NCBI GenBank assembly: GCA_047605605.1
Contig: JASGFG010000005.1
Location: 3,633 to 67,632, forward strand
Source: Paracoccaceae bacterium
GTDB lineage: Bacteria; Pseudomonadota; Alphaproteobacteria; Rhodobacterales; Rhodobacteraceae
Reading direction: 5' to 3'
Length of the DNA: 64,000 nt
The notes under the pieces were generated by a model. That model searched no databases. It had not been told where the DNA came from and worked only from the letters and a program-made list of their open reading frames with translations. Position 1 is the first letter of the stretch; each line of letters starts with the position of its first letter. This document shows, in pieces, positions 43,294-51,995 of the stretch. Made by a program: the position numbers and the translations under genes.

Positions 43294-44967
43294 GTGGGGT
43301 CCATCGAGATCGAAGGCGCGCGTCTGATCGGCGAGACGTGGCACTACTACAAGCGAATCCCGGTGCGCCTGCGAGAGGCCTACAGCCTGCCGGAATTCAA
43401 GCGTGGCAGCATGAAAACCAAAGACCCGGACCAAGCCCGAAGGCTGGCGCGGTCGATGCTCACCGAACTTGACGAGCTTGGGGCGAAGCTGGACTCTGTG
43501 TCGGCCCGCCTGCGGGTTTTTGGCGATCTGTCGCCCGCCGGTCAGGAAGCGGTCAAGGCCGAAGCAGACTCCAATGTCGCTGCGCTGCCCCCCGATCAGC
43601 GGCAATTGATCCGCAAGGCGGGTGGCGTCTTTGAGGCGGGGCGCGACATGCGCCGCCAAGAAGTTACAGCCGCGTTTCTTGAGGCGGGACGGGGCGCGGA
43701 CTTCGACATGATGGATGTGTACGGTGACGAGTATGACCCAGACGAGAGAGAAGAGGCCGAAGTGACTCAGGCCGCGTCAGCGGCAATGCGTAAGCGCAAG
43801 GGCACGGCTATTCGTGAGGCACTGAGTGCCGCAAAAGTAATTGATACGGATGTACAAACCATGACTCTTCGGGGTGCGATGGAGCGCTTCTGCGGGCAGA
43901 AGGGCTACATCCATACCGAAACCCGCAAGAACAAGACGCGCGGGCAGTACGAATACGCCGTGCGGCGCTTCATGGAGTATACGGGGCCTGTCGCCTTGGC
44001 CGATCTGACCAGACGGCATTTGGCAGACTTCGCGGCGGACTTTTTGCGGCTCCCCAAGGCTGCGCCACGGGAGGTGGCCGCCATGGCCTTCTGGGATGTG
44101 GTCAAGGCCGCTGACAAGGCGAACCTGCATCGCGTCAGCCCGCGCACCCGTGATCAAAATATTGTCTTCCTCAAATCGTTGATGGGCTATTCGGTCAAGG
44201 AAGAGCTTCGACCCGGCCCGGACCCGTGGTCGCGGTACACTGTCACGGCGGCGCAGGAAAAAGTTTCAGAGAAGCGCAAGCGCAAGCCATACGTGTTCAG
44301 CCGCGATGATATGCGGGCGATCATCGCTCACGTCTCCGCAACCCGGCATCACGATACGATTGATTATTGGGGGCCGCTGCTGGGGGCGCATCATGGGATG
44401 CGGATCGAAGAATATTGCCAAACACGGGTGCAGGATTTCACGACTGAAGAGGGTCATCTGTGTATCAACATCACCGACGCGGGCGATGATCAGAGCGTGA
44501 AGACCTCGAACAGTTTCAGAACGATACCGATCCACCCGAAGCTGATTGAGTTGGGCTTTGCCGATTACATCCGGCGGCGGCGTGAGGCCGGGGCGGACTT
44601 CCTGTTTTTGTCGCAAGAGCGTTGGGGCGGGGAGTTGGTGGAGTTGACGCCAAACAGCTACGGGCGGCTTGCCGAAGCCTACGGTAAGCGTTTCAAGAAA
44701 ACAGACCTGCAGAAGGTTGGGATTTCTGGCTATCGGGCGGGATCACATAGCTTCCGACACGGCTGGACCGATCTGGCGCGGGGGGCTGGAATGGACCCGG
44801 AGCATCGCCTCGCGCTGGCGGGTAGGGACGCTGACAGCGATTTCAAACTGCTGGACGCCACCGAAAAGCGATATGGACACGGCTTCTCCATCGCCACGTT
44901 GGCGGCGTCTTTGGCGCTGGTGAATGTACTGGACGACCCCGCTGACGCGGGCGCAGGCCAAGGCTGA
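43294..44967 (+). CDS. int: tyrosine-type site-specific integrase
   Basis: C-terminal catalytic region has the HSFRHGW (HxxR) motif and the tyrosine in KRYGHG. The putative GTG start at 43294 follows GAGGGGG. An ATG at 43252 is also possible. Confidence 0.85.
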   Translation: MGSIEIEGARLIGETWHYYKRIPVRLREAYSLPEFKRGSMKTKDPDQARRLARSMLTELDELGAKLDSVSARLRVFGDLSPAGQEAVKAEADSNVAALPPDQRQLIRKAGGVFEAGRDMRRQEVTAAFLEAGRGADFDMMDVYGDEYDPDEREEAEVTQAASAAMRKRKGTAIREALSAAKVIDTDVQTMTLRGAMERFCGQKGYIHTETRKNKTRGQYEYAVRRFMEYTGPVALADLTRRHLADFAADFLRLPKAAPREVAAMAFWDVVKAADKANLHRVSPRTRDQNIVFLKSLMGYSVKEELRPGPDPWSRYTVTAAQEKVSEKRKRKPYVFSRDDMRAIIAHVSATRHHDTIDYWGPLLGAHHGMRIEEYCQTRVQDFTTEEGHLCINITDAGDDQSVKTSNSFRTIPIHPKLIELGFADYIRRRREAGADFLFLSQERWGGELVELTPNSYGRLAEAYGKRFKKTDLQKVGISGYRAGSHSFRHGWTDLARGAGMDPEHRLALAGRDADSDFKLLDATEKRYGHGFSIATLAASLALVNVLDDPADAGAGQG

Positions 44968-45150
44968 CAGGCCCCAGTCCGCGACAGGCTGACCCGGCGA
45001 TGGACTTGCCCAGCATTGCCAGCTTGTGTTGGGGTTGACCAGAAGCCAGCTTGGCGAACATGGTGTAACCCGCCTGAGCGTCAGGCAGGAAATACAAATC
45101 CGGGCGCGTGATGCAGTTTCAAAATGACCTGCCCCCCGGCGGTCCCTCGG

Positions 45151-46035
45151 TCATAACGAGAGTCTGCTGGTTTGAGATTGGTAGTTGGCGGTTGGTGTCA
45201 TGGCAAGCGCGGCGGGTGCGGTGTCCTCAAGTAGGGCAAGCGTCCGGCGCGCTTCGAGCGGCGTCAGGTTTCCGAGCGAGGAGTGCGGCCTGACGGCGTT
45301 GTAGTCGTAGCGCCAAAGGGCGATCTTGCGGCGGGCATCATCGAGGGTGTCGAAGATCTCTTCGTTCAACAACTCGTCGCGCAGACTGCCATTGAAGCTT
45401 TCGATGAAGGCGTTCTGCTGCGGCTTGCCGGGATCGATGTAGTGCCAGGCGACGTTATTCTGTTCGGCCCACTTCAGGATAGCGCGGCTGGTGAACTCGG
45501 TCCCGTTGTCGCTGACGATGCAAGCCGGCTTGCCGTATATCCGCACCAACGCATCCAGCTCACGCGCCACCCTGGCGCCCGAGACGCTGGTGTCGGCGAT
45601 CAGGCACAGGTTCTCTCGGCAGCAATCGTCGATGACTGCCAAGATCCGGAACTTGCGCGACGCCCCGAACGTGTCGGCGACAAAGTCCAGCGACCAGCGT
45701 TGGTTCGGAATCAGAGCCAGGGGCATCGGTGTGCGCATGCCACGGGCCCGTTTGCGGCCGCGTCGCCGCCTGACTGACAACCCTTCCTCGCGGTAGAGCC
45801 GATACAGTTTCTTCGGGTTCATCAGCATGCCTCTGCGCTCCAGCAACAGACCGATCCGCCGATAGCCGAACCGGCGGCGCACAGCCGCGATCTCCTGCAT
45901 GGCTTTGCGGATATCCGGATTGTCGGGCGGCCGCTCTCGCCGCACCGTCTTCGGATCGACACCGATCAGAACGCAGGCCCGGCGTTGCGAGATATCGTGA
46001 TCCCGCATCGCCCTCAGCACCGCCTCCCGCCGCAC
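45151..46035 (-). CDS. IS3-family transposase OrfB (DDE integrase core)
   Basis: rve-type core (WSLDFV...SDNGTEFTS...[10 protein letters not shown]). Probably expressed as an OrfAB fusion by -1 frameshift. Confidence 0.9.
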   Translation of the reverse strand: MRREAVLRAMRDHDISQRRACVLIGVDPKTVRRERPPDNPDIRKAMQEIAAVRRRFGYRRIGLLLERRGMLMNPKKLYRLYREEGLSVRRRRGRKRARGMRTPMPLALIPNQRWSLDFVADTFGASRKFRILAVIDDCCRENLCLIADTSVSGARVARELDALVRIYGKPACIVSDNGTEFTSRAILKWAEQNNVAWHYIDPGKPQQNAFIESFNGSLRDELLNEEIFDTLDDARRKIALWRYDYNAVRPHSSLGNLTPLEARRTLALLEDTAPAALAMTPTANYQSQTSRLSL

Positions 46036-46046
46036 CTTCGGTGTCG

Positions 46047-46310
46047 TCAGGGCTTTCCCAGCAAATCCTTGAGCACGATGTTGTCCAGCATCGCGTCCGC
46101 CAGAAGGCGCTTCAGCTTGCCGTTCTCGTCTTCAAGGGTCTTCAGCCGCTGGGCATCGGATACGTCCATGCCGCCATACTTGGCCTTGAGCTTGTAGAAC
46201 GTGGCCGGACTCAGGCCATGCCGACGACAGACCTCCGCCGTCGCCATCCCGGCTTCCTGTTCCTTGATCATTCCGATGATCTGCGCCTCGGTGAAGCGGC
46301 TTTTCCTCAT
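46047..46310 (-). CDS. IS3-family transposase OrfA (HTH)
   Basis: Starts [47 protein letters not shown]. The slippery heptamer G_GGA_AAG (plus-strand 46053..46059) lies just before its stop, and the orfB frame is open through it. Confidence 0.9.
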   Translation of the reverse strand: MRKSRFTEAQIIGMIKEQEAGMATAEVCRRHGLSPATFYKLKAKYGGMDVSDAQRLKTLEDENGKLKRLLADAMLDNIVLKDLLGKP

Positions 46311-46377
46311 TTCGTCTGCTCCTTCGTGATGAAGCAAACTCTACATTAAACCGAGGGACGTTCCGGGAGGCAGGTCA

Positions 46378-46767
46378 TCGGGTGTGGGCGGCATCGGCGG
46401 TCTGGTGGGCATGATCCTTCCCGGCATCTTCCACGATGGCGGGCCTGTAGGTTCTGCGACCTCTTCCCGCGCCGTTCCGGCGTCCTTGTTCAACAGCGCC
46501 GACCGTTACCACGATGGCGGCGCAGTCGGGCTTAAGTCCGACGAGGTGCCCGCGATCTTGCAGACCGGCGAATATGTCCTGCCGCGTGGATCGTGGCGGG
46601 CTGGCGCAGGCGGCAGCGACAGCGCCGGGGGCGCTGGACAGGTCATCAACGCCCCGCAGTACATCACCATTAACACCCCGGACGCTGACAGCTTCCGGCG
46701 GTCGGAAAAGCAGATCAGCAGCCAGCTTGCCCGCCGTGGGCAGGCCGCGCTTGGCGCGAACGGATAA
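46378..46767 (+). pseudogene. 3' fragment of a phage tail tape-measure-like gene, truncated by the IS
   Basis: The reading frame is open from the IS boundary. The C-terminal sequence HDGGAVGLKSDEVPAILQTGEYVLPRG resembles tape-measure C-termini of Rhodobacterales phages and GTAs (from memory). No credible start codon. Confidence 0.5.
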
Positions 46768-46777
46768 GGAGGCACCC

Positions 46778-46969
46778 ATGGCCTATGTCGAACGCGAGCG
46801 CCCCGGCAGCCCTTGGGGTATGTATCACAACCTGCTTGCCCCCACGGCTGCGCTTCTGGCCGCGTACCACAAGGCGGGTATCAGCGTCACTCTGATGGGG
46901 GACGGGACCACTTACCGGGCCGATAGGGCGCTGCCCCGGCATCTGTGGCCGGTGGAATGTGAGGAATGA
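46778..46969 (+). CDS. hypothetical small protein (prophage remnant)
   Basis: 63-aa ORF with a strong AAGGAGG Shine-Dalgarno 5 nt upstream of the ATG. No recognisable domain. Confidence 0.5.
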   Translation: MAYVERERPGSPWGMYHNLLAPTAALLAAYHKAGISVTLMGDGTTYRADRALPRHLWPVECEE

Positions 46970-47072
46970 GGGAGGGGCTGCGTGGCCACCTTTCGATTCG
47001 GCTTGAAACTGAATTTCCCGCTGACGCGGGCACTCCACAATTGCCTTTCGTGCGGGTGATTTTGGGCACAGA

Positions 47073-47092
47073 CTTTGCACAGTCTTTGCACA
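47073..47092 (+). repeat. two CTTTGCACA motifs 11 bp apart (candidate integrase arm-type sites, right arm)
   Basis: CTTTGCACA at 47073 and 47084, in the same orientation and spacing as at 43250 and 43261. Confidence 0.6.
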
Positions 47093-47175
47093 AGTTGCCA
47101 GTTTCGGCAAAAATTGACCTTCGTAAGTTATTGAAATTTAACGAGTAAACATAAGATCGCAAAATAAATACGATT

Positions 47176-47199
47176 TTCGAATCTTCTCGCCCCGACCAT
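47176..47199 (+). repeat. attR core (duplicate of the tRNA-Pro 3' end)
   Basis: Exact 24-nt match to 43146..43169, preceded by an AT-rich tract. Confidence 0.9.
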
Positions 47200-48023
47200 A
47201 TGCAGCGCATCTTGCAAGACTGTCTCTGGCCGCGTTTCGCCCGGTTTCGCGTCTTGCCGCACCCCGTTCAGCATTTCCGGCGTCAGGGCGGCGTCTCTGC
47301 CGCCTGGCAGGGTGAGGCTGTTCCGCCTGACTGTGGGGGATCAGGAAAACGAGGCGGCGATCATGAATGCCAGGAAGATCGCCGCCTCAAGTCTGGGTAT
47401 GGCCTGCCAAATCACCGATAACACTCTACTCATGACGCGGGCGAACGAGCGGGCGGCCGGTAATGTCTGGAACATCGCTTCCACTCGTGACTGAATTTAC
47501 GCAAGGACGGAGAACAATCGCTACACTCAACCGCGCACTGTTTACTCAACCAGAACAGAAATCCGTCCTTGCGTGAACTCAACTAACCCGAGAGTCAGGC
47601 CCGCTGCTAGCTGACAAGATCGACATGACCTTTTGGACAGGTTTTCCGCAAATTTTCGATGAAACGGAAACAGACACAGGATTGCAGCACGAAGGGTTCC
47701 TGTGGAGGAGACAATATCTGGTGGGCGCGATTCGGTTGATGGCAAGGGGTGGCGTCCGGATCCCTGACTGATTCTAGGCCAGAGGGGCTGTGCGGGGCGG
47801 CAATGCCCCTTGCGCCCAAGGCAATTCCGGGTCGGGCGGCCACTTTTTCCGCCGGCACGCGGTGCGGGACTACCAGCCGCCCCGGACAGGGGTGTGTCGG
47901 TAAAGGGGCGGATAAAAGCGCGTCGACCTGCCCGACGGCCCTTGCCCCGCCGCAGGGGGTGCGGCGGGGCGAGGGATCGCTGTCTGACGAAAGGGCGGGC
48001 GCAGCCTGCGGCGCCTGCGGGTG

Positions 48024-48989
48024 TCACCTGATCGGCGCGCGATACTGGATGCGGCGCACCGACCCGGTCTTGGAGCGCATCAGGATCGTCTCCATCGTCA
48101 CCCAGCCCGGCTCGCGCCGGATACCGCTGACGAGCGACCCGTTCGTCACCCCGGTCGCCGCAAAGATCACGTCGCCGCGCACCAGATCATCGCGCGTATA
48201 GACGCGGTCGAAGTTGGTGATCCCGGCCTTGCGGGCGCGAGATTTCTCGTCTTCGTTGCGGAACAGCAGCTTGCCGAAGAACTGGCCGCCCATGCATTTC
48301 AGGGCCGCTGCCGCCAGCACCCCCTCGGGCGCCCCGCCCGAGCCCATATACATGTCAATCCCGGTCTTTTCCGGTTCGGCGCAATGCATCACGCCGGCCA
48401 CGTCGCCATCGGTGATCAGCCGGATCGAGGCGCCGGTCGACCGGATTTCCTTGATCAGATCCTCATGCCGGGGGCGTTCCAGCACGCAGACGGTGATGTT
48501 CTCGGTCGAGACACCCTTGGCCGCGGCCAGGGCCGAGACACGCTCGGACGGCGTCATGTTCATGGTGACGGTGCCGGTCTTGTAGCCGGGGCCGATGGCC
48601 AGTTTCTCCATATACACGTCGGGCGCATGAAGCAGCGTTCCGCGCGGCGCCATGGCGATCACGGTCAGCGCGTTCGGCATGTCCTTGGCGGTCAGCGTCG
48701 TGCCTTCCAGCGGGTCCAGCGCGATGTCGACGGCGGGGCCTTTGCCCGTGCCCACCTCTTCCCCGATGAACAGCATCGGCGCCTCGTCCCGCTCGCCCTC
48801 GCCGATCACCACGACGCCGGCGATGTCCAGCAGGTTCAGCTGGTTGCGCATGGCATTGACGGCGGCCTGGTCGGCTGCCTTTTCGTCGCCCCGCCCGATC
48901 AGCGCCGCCGAGGCAAGCGCCGCGGCCTCGGAAACGCGGGCAAGGCCCAGGGAAAGCATACGGTCCTGGAATTCGATGGCGTCGGACAT
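48024..48989 (-). CDS. glpX: class II fructose-1,6-bisphosphatase
   Basis: GlpX family sequence (RGDEKAADQAAV..., DPLEGTT, GGAPEGV). Start at MSDAIEF with an AAGGA Shine-Dalgarno. Confidence 0.9.
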   Translation of the reverse strand: MSDAIEFQDRMLSLGLARVSEAAALASAALIGRGDEKAADQAAVNAMRNQLNLLDIAGVVVIGEGERDEAPMLFIGEEVGTGKGPAVDIALDPLEGTTLTAKDMPNALTVIAMAPRGTLLHAPDVYMEKLAIGPGYKTGTVTMNMTPSERVSALAAAKGVSTENITVCVLERPRHEDLIKEIRSTGASIRLITDGDVAGVMHCAEPEKTGIDMYMGSGGAPEGVLAAAALKCMGGQFFGKLLFRNEDEKSRARKAGITNFDRVYTRDDLVRGDVIFAATGVTNGSLVSGIRREPGWVTMETILMRSKTGSVRRIQYRAPIR

Positions 48990-49154
48990 GAACGGTTCCT
49001 TTGCAACAGGTTGCCCTTCTCCTAGCCCTGCGGGGGCGTGGGGGGCAAGCATGGTGTCGCTAACGGTGGCCGTATGTGTCGAAATCGCAGGGGCGCGGGC
49101 GCAGGTTCGGGCCGGCCTGGCGGGCAAGGGGCCGGGCCGGGGAAGCTTGCGGCG

Positions 49155-50450
49155 CTAGACTTCCTCGATCCTGATCGCGACCGGCCGGCCGACCAGAACG
49201 CCGGTGGCGGCAAAGCTGGCCATGGCGTGCTGGATGTCCGAGGGCGCGGCCTTGTGGGTGACGATCAGCACGATGGCATCGTCATCCTCTTCGTCCTCGC
49301 GGTTGATCTGGCGCATCTGGTCGATGGAGATCCCCGCCTCGCCCAATGCGGTGGCGATCTTGGCCAGCGCGCCGGGCTTGTCCAGCAGCGTCATGCGCAG
49401 ATACCAGCGGGCCGGGGCGGCGGCGCTGGCGGCAACAGGCCGGGCCAAGGTGGCCGCGGGCTGGCCAAAGGTTGGCAGGCGCAGGCCGCGCGCAAGGTCG
49501 ATCACATCGCCCATCACGGCGCTGGCAGTCGGCCCTTCGCCGGCGCCGGGGCCGCGCAGCACGATCTGCCCCACGCTGTCGCCTTCCAGCACCACCATGT
49601 TGGTGCCGCCCTGCAACTGGCCCAGCGGGCTTTCGGACGGGACGAGGCAAGGGGTCATCCGCTGCTCCAGCCCGCGGCCGGTCATCTGCGCCACGCCCAG
49701 AAGCTTGATGTGATAGCCCATGTCGTCGGCCAGGCGGATGTCGTCGATCGAGACATTGCCGATGCCCTCAAGCTCTACCTTGTCAAAGCTGACCTGCGTG
49801 CCAAAGGCGATGGCGGCCAGCAGCGACAGTTTGTGGCCTGCGTCGATGCCGCCCACGTCAAGGTTCGGGTCCGCCTCCAGATAACCGAGCTGCCGCGCCT
49901 CCTCGAACACCGCCTCATAGGGCAGGCCCGCGGTCTGCATCCGGGTCAGGATATAGTTGCAGGTGCCGTTCATCACGCCCATGACGCGGCGCAGCTGGTT
50001 GCCGGCCAGCCCTTCGGTCAGGGCCTTGATCACCGGGATGCCGCCGGCGACGGCAGCCTCGAATCGGATCACACGGCCGGCGGATTCGGCAGCCAGCGCC
50101 AGGGCGTGGCCGTGATGGGCCAGAAGCGCCTTGTTGGCCGTCACCACATCCTTGCCCGCGGCAAGGGCGGCTTCGGTCGCGGCCCTGGCGGCGCCTTCAT
50201 GCCCGCCCATCACCTCGACCAGGACATCCACGTCGTCCCGGCGGGCGAGTGCGACGGGATCGCTTTCCCAGGCATAGGCCGAAAGATCGGCGTCGCGGTT
50301 CTTGCGCGGATCGCGCGCCGACACGGCGGTGATAACCACGCCCCGGCCGGACCGGGCGGCGATCAGATCCGCATGACGCTGGACGATCCTGACGACGCCG
50401 ATGCCCACCGTCCCGAGACCGGCAAGACCGAGGCGCAAGGGGGCGGGCAT
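49155..50450 (-). CDS. hom: homoserine dehydrogenase
   Basis: NAD-binding GLAGLGTVG, the catalytic domain, and a C-terminal ACT domain. Confidence 0.9.
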   Translation of the reverse strand: MPAPLRLGLAGLGTVGIGVVRIVQRHADLIAARSGRGVVITAVSARDPRKNRDADLSAYAWESDPVALARRDDVDVLVEVMGGHEGAARAATEAALAAGKDVVTANKALLAHHGHALALAAESAGRVIRFEAAVAGGIPVIKALTEGLAGNQLRRVMGVMNGTCNYILTRMQTAGLPYEAVFEEARQLGYLEADPNLDVGGIDAGHKLSLLAAIAFGTQVSFDKVELEGIGNVSIDDIRLADDMGYHIKLLGVAQMTGRGLEQRMTPCLVPSESPLGQLQGGTNMVVLEGDSVGQIVLRGPGAGEGPTASAVMGDVIDLARGLRLPTFGQPAATLARPVAASAAAPARWYLRMTLLDKPGALAKIATALGEAGISIDQMRQINREDEEDDDAIVLIVTHKAAPSDIQHAMASFAATGVLVGRPVAIRIEEV

Positions 50451-50516
50451 AGGGCGAACTCCGTGCAAGGTTTCCGCCGGGTGTTAGCGGTTTGCGCGCG
50501 GGCTTGCAACGCGGCG

Positions 50517-50753
50517 CTAGTCGGCTGCGATGGCGGCCGCGCGCACGCGCAGGGCCTGTCCGCGGGCATCCAGCGCCTGTCCGGTCTGATCCGTGATCGT
50601 GCCGCCTTGCGCCTGCGCCAGAATGCTGTCGATCGGCAAGAGCGAGGGGGCAGGCCCAGCCGCCGCCGCCTTGCGCGCAACGGCGGGCGGGTCGGCACAG
50701 GCCGCCAAGCCCAGCAACAGCGGCAGCACAAGGAAAAAGCGGGGCAGGGGCAT
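50517..50753 (-). CDS. small lipoprotein, hypothetical
   Basis: 78 aa with a signal peptide and lipobox (LLLGLAAC). Confidence 0.5.
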   Translation of the reverse strand: MPLPRFFLVLPLLLGLAACADPPAVARKAAAAGPAPSLLPIDSILAQAQGGTITDQTGQALDARGQALRVRAAAIAAD

Positions 50754-50857
50754 GATGACAGTCTCGGTTCCGGCAGGTCAGCCTATCGCGCGCCGCCCGC
50801 AAACGGAAGAACCGCCCGCACGGAACATGCAGGCGGTTTCCATGCGGGACAAGGCCG

Positions 50858-51451
50858 TCAGGTGCAGGTCTGGCCGGATTCGCACACCCGCATGAAGCGG
50901 GGCCGGGTGATCACCCGATTCGAGATTTCGTCGAAGGTGACGGAGGGCACGTCGATCACCGGGTCATAATCCACGGTCGTTTCGATCATCAGCACATAGT
51001 CGCCGTCCGACATGATGGGGATGTCGTCCTTGAACTGGGCCTGAAGCGTCGTCGTCGTCAGCTTGGGCAGGGCCGAGCCGGGCGAATAGGACCAGTCGAC
51101 CTTGAAGGCGCCCACCTTGTTCGTCACCTTGTAGGTGATGCTGGTGAAACGGACCTTCACATGGTCGTTGGTCGTGCCGTTCATATAGGCAAAGACGTTG
51201 CGCAAGCCGTTGCGATATGTGTCGTTCACCGCCGTCTGTTCGCGCGACAGCATGTCCGAAATCGAATAGGTCGCCTTTTGCGCGATGTTGATTTCCCGAT
51301 AGGCGTCCCAGAAGGCGAACATCGCCAGCCAGGCCCACAGCAGCAGCGGCAGATAGATCATCATTTCGACAACGACCACGCCGCTTTCGTCGCGCGCAAA
51401 GCGGGCGAGGTGGCGGCAGAGGGCGGAGGAGGAATTGCGAACAGCCTGCAT
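50858..51451 (-). CDS. TadE/TadG-family pseudopilin-like protein
   Basis: N-terminal ARDESGVVVVEMMIYLPLLLW (TadE-like prepilin-type motif plus transmembrane helix). Confidence 0.7.
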   Translation of the reverse strand: MQAVRNSSSALCRHLARFARDESGVVVVEMMIYLPLLLWAWLAMFAFWDAYREINIAQKATYSISDMLSREQTAVNDTYRNGLRNVFAYMNGTTNDHVKVRFTSITYKVTNKVGAFKVDWSYSPGSALPKLTTTTLQAQFKDDIPIMSDGDYVLMIETTVDYDPVIDVPSVTFDEISNRVITRPRFMRVCESGQTCT

Positions 51452-51455
51452 GATC

Positions 51456-51995
51456 TTACCCCGGTTCGTTCACAAAGCTGCTGATCGAAGTCACGCGATA
51501 GCCGCTGCCGTCGACCTGAAGGCGGCGGCCGATGCCCGTTGTCGGAAAGATCGCGTCCTGAATGACGCAGACCCGCACCAGCATGATGACATTCTGCTGC
51601 CCGATGGTCATCTGGACCACGGGGTCGATTTCATCCGTCGTGCGGTCGATGCAGGCGGCCTGGCCGGTAGGCATCGTCCAGGTCGTGCGGCTGATGGCCT
51701 GCATGTCGATCTTCATCTGCTTGACGCAGTTCGTCATCATCATCTCGTGACCGCAGATCTGCTCCTTGAGGAACTGGTTGGTCACGGGCGCTTCGTAATG
51801 CCCGAGCCGAAGCTCGCGCATCACCATGTCAACCGATCGCTCCAGCAGGATCGACCGCACCATGGCCAGCCCGCTTTCGAACGAGGCCATGAAGATGAAC
51901 ATCACAACGGGAACGCACAGCACGAACTCGACCGATGCGGTTCCCTCGTCCCGGACGAGAAAGGCCCGGGCAAGGTTACGCAGGCGCCTGATCAT
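51456..51995 (-). CDS. TadE-like protein
   Basis: N-terminal VRDEGTASVEFVLCVPVVMFIFM (TadE motif). Confidence 0.75.
   Translation of the reverse strand: MIRRLRNLARAFLVRDEGTASVEFVLCVPVVMFIFMASFESGLAMVRSILLERSVDMVMRELRLGHYEAPVTNQFLKEQICGHEMMMTNCVKQMKIDMQAISRTTWTMPTGQAACIDRTTDEIDPVVQMTIGQQNVIMLVRVCVIQDAIFPTTGIGRRLQVDGSGYRVTSISSFVNEPG

Larger units (their letters stand above)
45125..46377 (-). mobile_element. IS3-family insertion sequence (IS407-group-like), 1253 bp
   Basis: Imperfect terminal inverted repeats: TGACCTGCC(C/T)CCCGG...GTCCCTCGGT at 45125 (plus strand) and 46377 (minus strand). orfA/orfB organisation. No matching flanking target duplication (AAAA versus TCGG). Confidence 0.85.
43146..47199 (+). 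mobile_element. decayed integrative element (prophage remnant) inserted in the 3' end of tRNA-Pro
   Basis: The 24-bp direct repeat TTCGAATCTTCTCGCCCCGACCAT occurs at 43146..43169 and 47176..47199. The integrase gene is next to the tRNA. The interior holds an IS, a truncated tail gene and an AT-rich junction (47100..47175). Confidence 0.85.

Noticed and set aside
44843-45097. An 84-aa minus-strand ORF between the integrase gene and the IS (MYFLPDAQAGYTMFAKLASGQ...).
   Set aside because: It overlaps the integrase 3' end, has no Shine-Dalgarno, and its second half is junk. It may be a fragment of something disrupted by the IS, but I cannot identify it.
47625-47771. A 48-aa plus-strand ORF (MTFWTGFPQIFDETETDTGLQHEGFLWRRQYLVGAIRLMARGGVRIPD) in the AT-shifted tract.
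   Set aside because: There is no Shine-Dalgarno upstream, no recognisable motif, and the composition drifts to junk at the C-terminus.
47200-48023. tmRNA, RNase P RNA or SRP RNA in this or the other long gene-free tracts (22692..23428 and 7251..7879).
   Set aside because: I looked for the universal motifs by eye and found none. These were GGAAAGTCCGGGC and ACAGAACCCGGCTTA for RNase P, GGTCCGGAAGGAAGCAGCC for SRP, and a T-arm plus an ANDN...AA tag reading frame for tmRNA. Other ncRNA classes are not excluded.
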